Assembly: GCA_964346985.1 (NCBI GenBank)
Contig: CAYFWW010000013.1
Coordinates: 3,465-67,464, forward strand
Length of the DNA stretch: 64,000 nucleotides
DNA from: an uncultured Actinomycetota bacterium
GTDB lineage: Bacteria; Actinomycetota; Aquicultoria; CAYFWW01
Direction of reading: 5' to 3'
Shown: positions 1 through 8,945 of the stretch, one piece after another
Numbering within the stretch: position 1 is the stretch's first letter
How the letters are laid out: every line of letters begins with the position of its first letter
Made by a program: the position numbers and the translations under genes
The notes under the pieces: generated by a model
Seen by the model: only the letters and a program-made list of their open reading frames with translations
What the model was told of the DNA's origin: nothing
Databases searched by the model: none

Positions 1-344
1 TCTTTGTTATTAATCTAGAATTAAAAGGAAGTACGCCTGTCTATAAAAGCAGTACTCATGAAGATAGATTTCTGGATATCTATCTCGATAAGAGAAAATG
101 CAAAGTTGCCGGATTTTGTGAAAAAGTCTGTCCCCGAAATTGTTTTAAAGTTAACAAAAAAGAAAGGATCACTACTCGGCCTAAAGCGGGCCAATGCGTT
201 CATTGCGGCGCCTGTATTGTTCAGTGCCCCTTTGATGCCTTATATTTTAAGAATCCAAAGGGTAAAATAATAAAACCGGAAAAGGTTAGGAAATATAAGC
301 TTAATTTGATGGGTAAAAGGCTAACTAATAACCGTGACATGTGA
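1..344 (+). CDS. Partial (C-terminal) 4Fe-4S ferredoxin-domain protein; start lies upstream of the window
   Basis: The frame ending at TGA 342-344 translates to ...CKVAGFCEKVCP...CVHCGACIVQCP..., i.e. two 4Fe-4S cluster motifs (second is the canonical CxxCxxCxxxCP). The listed ORFs 21..203 and 58..270 are in other frames and do not explain it. Confidence 0.55.
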   Translation, partial: FVINLELKGSTPVYKSSTHEDRFLDIYLDKRKCKVAGFCEKVCPRNCFKVNKKERITTRPKAGQCVHCGACIVQCPFDALYFKNPKGKIIKPEKVRKYKLNLMGKRLTNNRDM

Positions 345-537
345 ACTGTTTTATATGATGCCTGAAAAGATATTTATTCTCAAATAAGATAATAATCGGC
401 TACATATTAATAAATAATTTTCACATGAATTTATATTTCAGAATAGTAAACTTGATTAGATAATAATCTGCTTCTAAAGTTTAAATGGAATTTTTAAATC
501 ATTTTTAAAGTTAAGAAATATATATCAAAAGGAAGAT

Positions 538-1263
538 ATGTTTTGGAAAGATAGAAGTAATATAAGGAAAAGAATAAATATATTTTTATCTATTTTTATA
601 TTGGTCTTTTTTATTAGCGGGTATGCCTATGCTCACCAGCCAAGAATAACATCTGATATATTTACAGAAATTAAAAACCCGGAAATCTCACAGGCATTTT
701 ATGGTGAATTGAAAGGCCAACCAGATACCTACTCGATTGAATCAGAAAAATCATTTCATTTATATGTTGGTATCCTTGTTCCGGATATAGAAGGAATTGA
801 AAAGGATATATCAGCTGAAATTTATTTTGGTAATGAAAAAGGTAATGACAATTTTTTATATAAACTGGATGGTTTGAAATATAAGTGGACTAGCTATTAT
901 GAAGAATTTGGCGGCGATAATTATTATTTTGGTCCAGAATTTAAGGATGAAGCAAAGTCAAAGAAGAATGTTCCAAAGGGTATTAAGGTTGAGAAAGGAT
1001 CTTATTTAATCAAAGTATTTAGTCCTGACAATAAAGGTAAATACGTACTTGTAGTAGGGGAAAAAGAGGAATTTCCTGTTAATGAAGCCATTAATGCCGT
1101 TAAAACAATGCCAAAGCTAAAGTCTGATTTTTTTAACAAATCGCCACTTACATCATACTTTAATATTATTGGGCTTTTTTTATTGATTTCTGTAGTAATT
1201 TTACTTGCAGTGTTATTAATGGTTTTTCTGATTGTAAAAAAGTTATTTTTTAAAAAAAGGTAG
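538..1263 (+). CDS. Hypothetical secreted protein with N-terminal signal peptide (AYA|HQ) and C-terminal hydrophobic anchor ending in a basic tail
   Basis: Hydrophobic N-terminus FLSIFILVFFISGYAYA and C-terminal TM stretch followed by KKLFFKKR; no recognisable catalytic motif. Confidence 0.5.
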   Translation: MFWKDRSNIRKRINIFLSIFILVFFISGYAYAHQPRITSDIFTEIKNPEISQAFYGELKGQPDTYSIESEKSFHLYVGILVPDIEGIEKDISAEIYFGNEKGNDNFLYKLDGLKYKWTSYYEEFGGDNYYFGPEFKDEAKSKKNVPKGIKVEKGSYLIKVFSPDNKGKYVLVVGEKEEFPVNEAINAVKTMPKLKSDFFNKSPLTSYFNIIGLFLLISVVILLAVLLMVFLIVKKLFFKKR

Positions 1264-1442
1264 CTGCACTTAGGAAATTCAAAAGAATTATATAACATCT
1301 AATTTTATGTAAATCTAGAATAAACCTTTATATATTTTTTCTAATTTAATAAAAGATTTTTAGTCTGTTAGTAAATACTTAGGTAAAATTTAAAAATTTT
1401 ATTTATTTTTATTAGCGTATCAATAAAAATTTCTATTATAAT

Positions 1443-3194
1443 TTGATACGCATGGATATTTCTAGGATAAGGAATAACTACAAACTATTAGAAAAAGCCA
1501 TTTGGATAATTGCACTGCCGTTTCTGCTTTTTATTTCAAGCTTAAGGCCTTTTGCTCTATTGTTTGTAATTATTTGGATGATTTTTCGCCCGGTTATTTC
1601 TGGGCAAAAATGGCGGAGAACATCGCTAGATATTCCAATTTTATTAATTTTCATAACGTCTTTGATTTCAATTTTCACATCAATTGATGTTATTTCAAGT
1701 GTATATAAATTTTTCCAACTTTTGATGTATATTGCCCTTTTTTATACTGTTGTCAATCATATTGAGAGAGAAAACGAGCTTCGTCAATTAGTTTCCCTAG
1801 CATTGCTTGTGGCTACATTGCTATCTTTGGTTGCAATTATTTCGTATATAGTTCCCTTTATAGGACCCTACCTGAAGTTTAAGCCCCTAAACCAGTTAGT
1901 TAATCTATTAATGAACTTAAGAATAAAGCTTCTTGACCCGGGTTTGGGTTACCAGAACTCTCTGGCTGGTTTTATTCTTTTTCTTCTACCCGTAGCTTTT
2001 ACACTTTCTATCTGGGGCAAATGGAAGAAGCAGCATTTTGGGCGCTATGCTATTTTATTTGCTTTTTTTATAATGTTAACTATTCCTTTTATTACCAGTT
2101 CTCGAGGAGCAGTCTATGCTCTGTCTATGGCATTCCTTTCTATATTAATAATAAAAAAGCCAAAGATTGGATTATCATTATTGATATTTCTTGTATTCAT
2201 ATCCATATGGTTTTTACCGCAAATTCAAAATTATTTTTACTCTGATTTTACTTTCATTGCCAGAACCTATATCTGGAAAAGCTCTATAGAAATGATTCGT
2301 CAATTTCCTTTTACCGGAGTTGGGTATGGAGTATATGAAATTGCTTATAGCTATTTTTTGTTTCCAGGAAGTGCTCAATATACTCCTTTTTCTAGACATG
2401 CTCATAATATATTTCTTCAACCTGCTGCTGAAACAGGTATATTAACAATGTTTATTTTTATTTGGTTAATTTTTTTAATACTAAAGGAGTCTTTATTATT
2501 GATTAAAAGAACTGCTGGCTATCAACAAGCTTTATCTATAGGATTATTCTGTAGTTTTATAGCCTTTATTTTTCAAGGGCTAATTGATTCTGTGAATTCT
2601 GGAGTTCGCCTAGGGATGCTTTTCTGGTTAATGATATCAATAGTATTTTCATTAAGCAGAGTGAATAAGGGCGATTATTTTAAAAGCGAACATAATCAAC
2701 AGAGATTAATAAAAAAAGTCTTTGGACTAAGAACGAAGAAAGCTTATTTATTGCCGATTATATTATTTACTGTAATATTTGGCTATAATTTTTATTCTTT
2801 CGGTAGCCTGTTATTTAATAATGTTGGAAATATCTTTTTATATAGGTCTCTGAATAGTGAAATTATTGATAAAAGAAAAATTGATCTTAAAAATAGGGCT
2901 GTTATCTATTACCAAAAAGCGATAGATTTACCAAGAAGTAATTATCAGCCGCATAAAAATTTAGCTAAAACTTATTTAGATTTAGGTCAGACCGGTAAAG
3001 CTTTTTCTGAACTCCAGCAGGCACAAAAGATTAAATCAAACGATACATTTATTCATTTGTACCTTGCGAATGTTTATGAATATCAAGGTAAAAAGAGACT
3101 AGCTAAAAAAGAAATGAGAAAATCTAAAGAAATTGCTGCTGGGACTTTTGCTGGTCGAGATAAACCCAGGATAAGATGGGGTATTATAAATTGA
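1443..3194 (+). CDS. O-antigen ligase (Wzy_C)-like polytopic membrane protein with C-terminal TPR repeats
   Basis: About 10 predicted TM helices with a long periplasmic-type loop (FSRHAHNIFLQPAAETG), typical of the O-antigen ligase/WaaL family. The C-terminus has TPR-like repeats (YYQKAIDL..AKTYLDLGQTGKA..LANVYEYQGK). Confidence 0.6.
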   Translation: MIRMDISRIRNNYKLLEKAIWIIALPFLLFISSLRPFALLFVIIWMIFRPVISGQKWRRTSLDIPILLIFITSLISIFTSIDVISSVYKFFQLLMYIALFYTVVNHIERENELRQLVSLALLVATLLSLVAIISYIVPFIGPYLKFKPLNQLVNLLMNLRIKLLDPGLGYQNSLAGFILFLLPVAFTLSIWGKWKKQHFGRYAILFAFFIMLTIPFITSSRGAVYALSMAFLSILIIKKPKIGLSLLIFLVFISIWFLPQIQNYFYSDFTFIARTYIWKSSIEMIRQFPFTGVGYGVYEIAYSYFLFPGSAQYTPFSRHAHNIFLQPAAETGILTMFIFIWLIFLILKESLLLIKRTAGYQQALSIGLFCSFIAFIFQGLIDSVNSGVRLGMLFWLMISIVFSLSRVNKGDYFKSEHNQQRLIKKVFGLRTKKAYLLPIILFTVIFGYNFYSFGSLLFNNVGNIFLYRSLNSEIIDKRKIDLKNRAVIYYQKAIDLPRSNYQPHKNLAKTYLDLGQTGKAFSELQQAQKIKSNDTFIHLYLANVYEYQGKKRLAKKEMRKSKEIAAGTFAGRDKPRIRWGIIN

Positions 3195-3198
3195 CTTA

Positions 3199-4935
3199 TT
3201 AATCTCTTCGCAGATTATGATTAGACTTTTTAACTATAATTATTTCCTGGCCCACTTGAATATTTCGTGGATTCTCAATTTGAGGATTATTTTCTAAAAT
3301 TTCATTTATTGAGACGCCGTGCATTTGGGCAATTGAGGAAATGTTATCACCTTTCTCTACTATGTAAACCTTTTTATAATAATATTTTTTTTCTGATGTT
3401 GAATCACTAGATTCTTCTTTTCCCTCTTCCTCAATTTTAATGGGGACTGTTGCTGTTTCTTCCTTATCTAAGTCTAAGTTGAAGATATCCTCAATTAGCG
3501 GGTCACCTAATTCGTGGTCGACTATCCAATAGCTCAACTTTTTTTTAGCCCATTTATCATAAATCATCTCAGGTTGGCCGGGCATCATCTCAGTTTCAAC
3601 TTCATCAATGTTTATGTTCCATAAAAATCTGGCCCAGGTCAGCATTTCGCTAATTGTCATATCAGATCTAATATATTTTGCTAAACGGTTTATCAAACGT
3701 GGTAAATCAATAATGTTATTTGTCGATTTTATCTGGCTGCTAATAACTTTAATGAATTTTTGCTGGCGTTCAATTCGTCCAATATCTCCTTTTTTATCAA
3801 ATCTAAAATGGACATAAGCAAGTGCTTCTTTTGCATTTAGGTGTTGTTTACCTGCTGGAATAGTAAAGGGGTCAAAATCCCAGAACTTAGGACTTCTAAT
3901 TGGTTTTTCGATTTCCATATCTACACCGCCAATAAAATCCACGATTTCATAGAATCCTTTAAAATTAATTTCAACACATCGGTCAATCGGTATTCCGAAA
4001 TTTTTATATATCGTCTCCTTCATAAGTTGGGAGCCGCCATAAAAGTGAGCATGAGTTAGTTTTTGCAGACCATAATTTTCAATTTTTACCTGGCTATCCC
4101 GAGGTAGTGAGAAGATTGTTATCTGATCTTTTTTAGGGTTAACTCGAACAACCATTATTGTGTCTGATCTTGCATCATAATCCCAACTGGTTGCTTCAAC
4201 TCCTAAGACAAGTACATTAATTGGTTGACCTGGTTTAATTTTTTTATGTTTCAAGCTAAGATTGTTTTTTGGATTTAGTTTTCCTGGTTGGCTTATTTTA
4301 GTTAGTCCATAAAAACCATATGCTATATAGGCAATGGCTAAGAAGACAAAAATCATCATTAATACAGCAAAGTATCTTCCTACTTTAAAGGCCAGGCTTA
4401 TTTTGACAGGTTTTGTTTCACCAACTTTTAAACCTAATTTTTTCCTGGTTTTTATATACTTTTTTATTCCAGAAATTTTTATTTTCTCAAGAACATTTGT
4501 TGCCAGAGGATTGATTTTTGAACGAGTATGTTTTACTTGACAGCCCAATTTTCTCAATATTTTTAATGTTTTTTTAGGGGATAATCCTAAACGGAGAGCT
4601 AACTCCTCAACCATTAGTATTCTTTGTGGGGATGTAAGTAGATTAATAAGAGGTTCTTCAAGGACATAATAATCCCTATCAGGTTCATTATTTAAAACGC
4701 GTATCCAGGTAGTTATCTCTTCTTGTGGCAAACCTACTTTTGATGCAAAATCTTCGAGATTAAGAGCTCCGCCAGAATGATTATATAATACAGGCCTATA
4801 AGGTTTAATCTTATCCTCTGAGATTGTACTCAAATGGTTTTCAATCCGAAAACCATAATCTTCAAGCCTAATTATTAGATCTTCATTATTTAACCCCAAT
4901 TCTTTTGCATATTCATAAACTCGCTTTTCTGACAT
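3199..4935 (-). CDS. LytR-CpsA-Psr (LCP) family protein with two N-terminal IF2_N-like cytoplasmic repeats, one TM helix and a C-terminal LysM domain
   Basis: LCP core VLVLGVEATSWDYDARSDTIMVVRV...FSLPRD. LysM tail YIVEKGDNISSIAQMHGVSINEILENNP. N-terminal RVYEYAKELGLNNEDLIIRLEDYGF and a second copy LALRLGLSPKKTLKILRKLG resemble the IF2 N-terminal domain. Confidence 0.7.
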   Translation of the reverse strand: MSEKRVYEYAKELGLNNEDLIIRLEDYGFRIENHLSTISEDKIKPYRPVLYNHSGGALNLEDFASKVGLPQEEITTWIRVLNNEPDRDYYVLEEPLINLLTSPQRILMVEELALRLGLSPKKTLKILRKLGCQVKHTRSKINPLATNVLEKIKISGIKKYIKTRKKLGLKVGETKPVKISLAFKVGRYFAVLMMIFVFLAIAYIAYGFYGLTKISQPGKLNPKNNLSLKHKKIKPGQPINVLVLGVEATSWDYDARSDTIMVVRVNPKKDQITIFSLPRDSQVKIENYGLQKLTHAHFYGGSQLMKETIYKNFGIPIDRCVEINFKGFYEIVDFIGGVDMEIEKPIRSPKFWDFDPFTIPAGKQHLNAKEALAYVHFRFDKKGDIGRIERQQKFIKVISSQIKSTNNIIDLPRLINRLAKYIRSDMTISEMLTWARFLWNINIDEVETEMMPGQPEMIYDKWAKKKLSYWIVDHELGDPLIEDIFNLDLDKEETATVPIKIEEEGKEESSDSTSEKKYYYKKVYIVEKGDNISSIAQMHGVSINEILENNPQIENPRNIQVGQEIIIVKKSNHNLRRD

Positions 4936-5030
4936 TAATCTCCTCGGCTTAAAATTTTTTTAAATGTAATATAACATAAGTAATTTTAAAAATTATTTAA
5001 TGATTTAAAATTATTGTCTGAGAAAATAGT

Positions 5031-5423
5031 TTATTTAATCTGTTGCTCAGCCATATTTCCGATTATGGGTAATTTATAGTATTCACCCTGATAAGCTTTT
5101 ATCATTATGATAATCCAGGTAATAATAAAGCCGATGATAACTGCAAAAAATAATGGGAACGTAATGCAGAAAACTAAACCGTTTGTTAGAAAAAAAGACA
5201 TAAAGTTAAAAACCCAGACGGCAATAGCAAATATAAAATAACAGACGAATAAAAAGATGGATTGAAGGGCATGAAATCTAATGAATTTATTTTCTTTTTC
5301 GAGAGAAAAAAAGAGGATACCTCCGATTAGTCCGAGCAGATAAGATAAAAAAGCCGCCATATTTGGTTCAAGGCCGATCGAACTATGTTCCTGATCATGT
5401 TTTTTGCTTTCTTCCAATTGCAT
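5031..5423 (-). CDS. DUF4870-like small membrane protein
   Basis: Motif AAFLSYLLGLIGGILFFSLEKENKFIRFHALQSI followed by 3 TM helices. Confidence 0.45.
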   Translation of the reverse strand: MQLEESKKHDQEHSSIGLEPNMAAFLSYLLGLIGGILFFSLEKENKFIRFHALQSIFLFVCYFIFAIAVWVFNFMSFFLTNGLVFCITFPLFFAVIIGFIITWIIIMIKAYQGEYYKLPIIGNMAEQQIK

Positions 5424-5539
5424 TTCCCCATAAGTATTTTAAATTATTTATTAATAGATTATTATATCTTACATATTCTATTGGGCACTAAATCGGAATA
5501 TATTATTAAATAGAAGGCTTTTATAGAAAAGGTGGAAAA

Positions 5540-6583
5540 ATGAAAGTCGGAATCTTAACAGGCGGTGGCGACTGCCCCGGTTTAAATGCAGTAATTAGAG
5601 CTGTCACCAGAGTCTGTGTTAGTGATCATGGATGTGAAGTAATAGGCATTCGCAATGGCTGGAAAGGTATCTTAGAAGGGGATGTTCTTCCTTTAGGGCT
5701 AAAGGAAGTGAGCGGGATTCTTCATCTAGGAGGAACAATTCTTGGAACAAGCAGGACTAATCCGTTTAAGGATGAAGAAGGTCCAAAACGTATCTTACAA
5801 AACATTAATGATCATTCACTGGGAGCAATTGTAGCCATCGGTGGAGAAGATACTCTTGGCGTGGCAAATCGCCTTAATCAAGAGCATGGAATTAATATAG
5901 TTGGTGTTCCCAAGACAATAGATAATGATTTGAATGGCACTGATTATACATTTGGTTTTGATACCGCTGTCCATATAGCTACTGAAGCTATTGATCGTTT
6001 GCACACAACCGCTGAATCGCATAATCGGGTTATGGTTGTTGAAGTTATGGGCCGGCATACAGGGTGGATAGCTGTTATGTCAGGTATTGCTGGAGGAGCC
6101 GATGCAATTTTGATTCCTGAATTTCCACTAAGTGTTAATGAAACATGTGAGCTAGTAAAACAAAGAGTCAAAAGGGGCAAAAAGTATTCAATTATAGTTG
6201 TCAGTGAAGGTGCCAAGATGGTATGGGAATCAGGCAAAGAAGAAACTGTCCTGGCATCCGACAAAACAGATGCTTTCGGGCATGCTCGCCTTGGTGGTGT
6301 GGGCGATGCTCTGGGTAAAGCAATTGAGAAATTAACTGGAATTGAAACTCGGGTGACTATTCTAGGCCATGTTCAGAGGGGAGGAACCCCTACGTCGCAC
6401 GATCGAGTTCTTGCAACCCGTTATGGAGTAAAAGCAGCCGAGATGGTCCAATCTTCTGAATGGGGCATGATGGCTGCTCTTCAGGGTAATAAGATTATTG
6501 CTGTTTCATTAGAAGAAGCAGTAAAAGAAACAAAGACTGTTAACCGAGAATTATACGATTTAGCCAAAATTTTCTTTGGTTAA
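5540..6583 (+). CDS. pfk: 6-phosphofructokinase (PFK-A family), with the PPi-dependent signature
   Basis: MKVGILTGGGDCPGLNAVIRAV and the PKTIDND active-site motif. At the GGDGS position it reads IGGEDT and at the PGTIDND position it reads PKTIDND (Asp/Lys at the two nucleotide-specificity positions). Confidence 0.85.
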   Translation: MKVGILTGGGDCPGLNAVIRAVTRVCVSDHGCEVIGIRNGWKGILEGDVLPLGLKEVSGILHLGGTILGTSRTNPFKDEEGPKRILQNINDHSLGAIVAIGGEDTLGVANRLNQEHGINIVGVPKTIDNDLNGTDYTFGFDTAVHIATEAIDRLHTTAESHNRVMVVEVMGRHTGWIAVMSGIAGGADAILIPEFPLSVNETCELVKQRVKRGKKYSIIVVSEGAKMVWESGKEETVLASDKTDAFGHARLGGVGDALGKAIEKLTGIETRVTILGHVQRGGTPTSHDRVLATRYGVKAAEMVQSSEWGMMAALQGNKIIAVSLEEAVKETKTVNRELYDLAKIFFG

Positions 6584-6592
6584 GGAGGGAAA

Positions 6593-7441
6593 ATGCTAGT
6601 AACGATGAAAGAGCAGTTAATTACTGCCGAAAGTGAAAAATATGCTGTTGGAATGTTTAATGTAATTACTGTTGAGATGCTTCAAGCCGTAATTGATGCC
6701 GCTGAGGAAAGCCGCTCACCGGTTATAGTAGGAACCTCGGAAGGTATGGCCAAATATATTGGTTATGAGAACATTGCAGCCATGGCTACTATAGCTGCTG
6801 ATAATACTGATATTCCAATCTCTATTCATTTAGACCATGCTACTAAACTGGAGAATATTGTAAAAGCAATTAATGCCGGTTATACATCAGTAATGATAGA
6901 TGGTTCAAAGCACCCTTTCGATGAAAATATAAATATTACCAGAGAAGGTGTTAACTTAGCTAAAGAAAAAGGGATAACAGTTGAGGGAGAGCTAGGACAT
7001 ATTGGCGGAACAGAGGACATCGTGGTAACTGACCGGGAAGCTACCATGACTAACCCAAAAGAAGCAGCTCGTTTTGCCGCTGAGAGCGGTATTGACTGTC
7101 TGGCAGTTTCAATAGGTAATGCTCATGGTTTGTATAAGGGAGATCCAGAACTTGATTTTGAACGCCTTAGAGAAATCAAGGCAAATGTAGATATTCCAAT
7201 AGTTTTGCATGGTGCTTCTGGTATTCCTGATGAAGCCGTTCAGGAGGCAATATCCATTGGTATCAGAAAGATAAATATTGCCACTGATTTACAGGTTGCT
7301 TTTATGGCCAAAGTAAGAAAGATTTTAAGTGAAGACCCGAAAGTTTATGATCCCCGGAAGATACTTGGCCCGGCTAAGGAAGATATCAAAGAAGTAGTCA
7401 AAGAAAAGATGAAACTTTTTATGTCAGCCGGCAAAGCATAA
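6593..7441 (+). CDS. fba: Class II fructose/tagatose-bisphosphate aldolase
   Basis: Short-type ketose-bisphosphate aldolase: 282 aa, HLDHAT.., GELGHIGG, HGASG motifs. Starts 10 nt after pfk with a GGAGGG RBS. Confidence 0.85.
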   Translation: MLVTMKEQLITAESEKYAVGMFNVITVEMLQAVIDAAEESRSPVIVGTSEGMAKYIGYENIAAMATIAADNTDIPISIHLDHATKLENIVKAINAGYTSVMIDGSKHPFDENINITREGVNLAKEKGITVEGELGHIGGTEDIVVTDREATMTNPKEAARFAAESGIDCLAVSIGNAHGLYKGDPELDFERLREIKANVDIPIVLHGASGIPDEAVQEAISIGIRKINIATDLQVAFMAKVRKILSEDPKVYDPRKILGPAKEDIKEVVKEKMKLFMSAGKA

Positions 7442-7502
7442 AAACCCCTCTTTTTAGTTTCCTGTACATAAGAATCAATTAGAAAGCAGTTTGAGCGTAA
7501 AT

Positions 7503-8177
7503 CTAATTTGTAGATTGCGATTCATAAGATAGTATTGTCTCAATCTTTTTATTTAGATTTTGAATATCCGGGAAGATATAGTCAGTGTGATGTTGATTAA
7601 ATTGTTTTTTAGATGTATAGCCTGTTAAGACACCGATTGTTGTTACTCCGGCTTGTTTGCCAGATTCGATATCATGGACGGCATCTCCTACCATTAGAGC
7701 TTCTTCTGGTTTGATTTTAAGTTTATTTAGAATGATTTGGATTGTCTGAGGATCGGGTTTTGATTTTTTTACTTCATCGGCACTAACTGTTATATCAACA
7801 CTATCTTTAATTTTTAAAGTTTTAAAATAGAGATTAAGTTCGTCACGTTTTGCAGAAGTTGCCAAGGCTATCTTGATTTTTTTCTTTTGAAGATAAGCAA
7901 TTAGCCTATATGTTCCCGGGAAAACTTTAATGCTTTTAAAATTTTTCCAAAAAAAATCTCTTTTAAGTTCAATAATCTTTTTCCCGTCAGTTGACCATTT
8001 TTCAGGTGGCAGGAATTTTTCTATCGTTTCTTTTTTTCGGCGGCCGAATTGACCTTGAATATCAAGGACAGGTATGTCATAACCAAGCATACTAAAAGCT
8101 TCTTTCCAAGCTTTGACATGGTTTTCTTTGGAATCTATTAATGTTCCGTCGACGTCAAAGATTACAGCTTTGATCAT
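7503..8177 (-). CDS. HAD-IA family hydrolase (beta-phosphoglucomutase-like phosphatase)
   Basis: N-terminal FDVDGTLIDS motif I, plus motifs S/T and GDAVHD. Confidence 0.8.
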   Translation of the reverse strand: MIKAVIFDVDGTLIDSKENHVKAWKEAFSMLGYDIPVLDIQGQFGRRKKETIEKFLPPEKWSTDGKKIIELKRDFFWKNFKSIKVFPGTYRLIAYLQKKKIKIALATSAKRDELNLYFKTLKIKDSVDITVSADEVKKSKPDPQTIQIILNKLKIKPEEALMVGDAVHDIESGKQAGVTTIGVLTGYTSKKQFNQHHTDYIFPDIQNLNKKIETILSYESQSTN

Positions 8178-8478
8178 AAGAATCCTTTAAGCTTGACAAC
8201 AGATTAATCTTTTCCGGAGATTTTATCCGCCTTCTTCAATTTATATGACCGAATTACGGAGATGGCTCAGCCTCTTTTTCTGTTTGTCATAATATGCTTA
8301 ATAATAATCAACTCTCTGCTTGCTGTTATCCCTAAGTTGATAATACATTAGTATTATATATGCTAGGTGCTCTTATTATAGTTTTTTGCTGTTTAAATTG
8401 AATAATAAAATCAATAAAATTTGCCTTGAATGATTATAATGACATTGCTATTATTACTCAAGCAGTATATTTGCTGCA

Positions 8479-8551
<73 letters not shown>

Positions 8552-8863
8552 CTGAGAAAAGCTATTACCGGTTATATTTTCTTTTTTATCAAACAGCCAA
8601 GAATTACTAATTCTCCTCTTTTGCAAGCAGAGGCAATCTTTTCGCCTCTCTCCTAAGAATTTTTATAATCTTATCTATATCTGGTTTCTAAAGAATACAA
8701 AATAGTCATCTGGAATAGAAATAGCTGATTATAAATATTATTTTTTAAAATAATGAAAGTCTGCCTTTAGGCAATTTGGGCAACCATCTTAAATAACATA
8801 TTTTAATTAAAAATTGCAATGATAAAAAAACTTTGGTGTTTTATGTTTTATGAAAGAATAATA

Positions 8864-8900
8864 TTGAGGTTACACTCCTAAGTTAAACCTCAAATTTTAT
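8864..8900. terminator. 8-bp inverted repeat hairpin (TTGAGGTT-14nt-AACCTCAA) followed by a T-run; terminator or leader hairpin upstream of the GH26-like gene
   Basis: Perfect 8-bp stem at 8864-8871/8886-8893 followed by ATTTTAT. Confidence 0.3.
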
Positions 8901-8945
8901 AATTAAGAAAGGGAAAATAATTAAATTTGCTTTTAAGTAATATTT

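Noticed and set aside
21-270. Listed ORFs 21..203(-) and 58..270(+) at the window start
   Set aside because: A different + frame running from the window edge to TGA 342-344 encodes tandem 4Fe-4S ferredoxin cysteine motifs. The listed ORFs are wrong-frame shadows.
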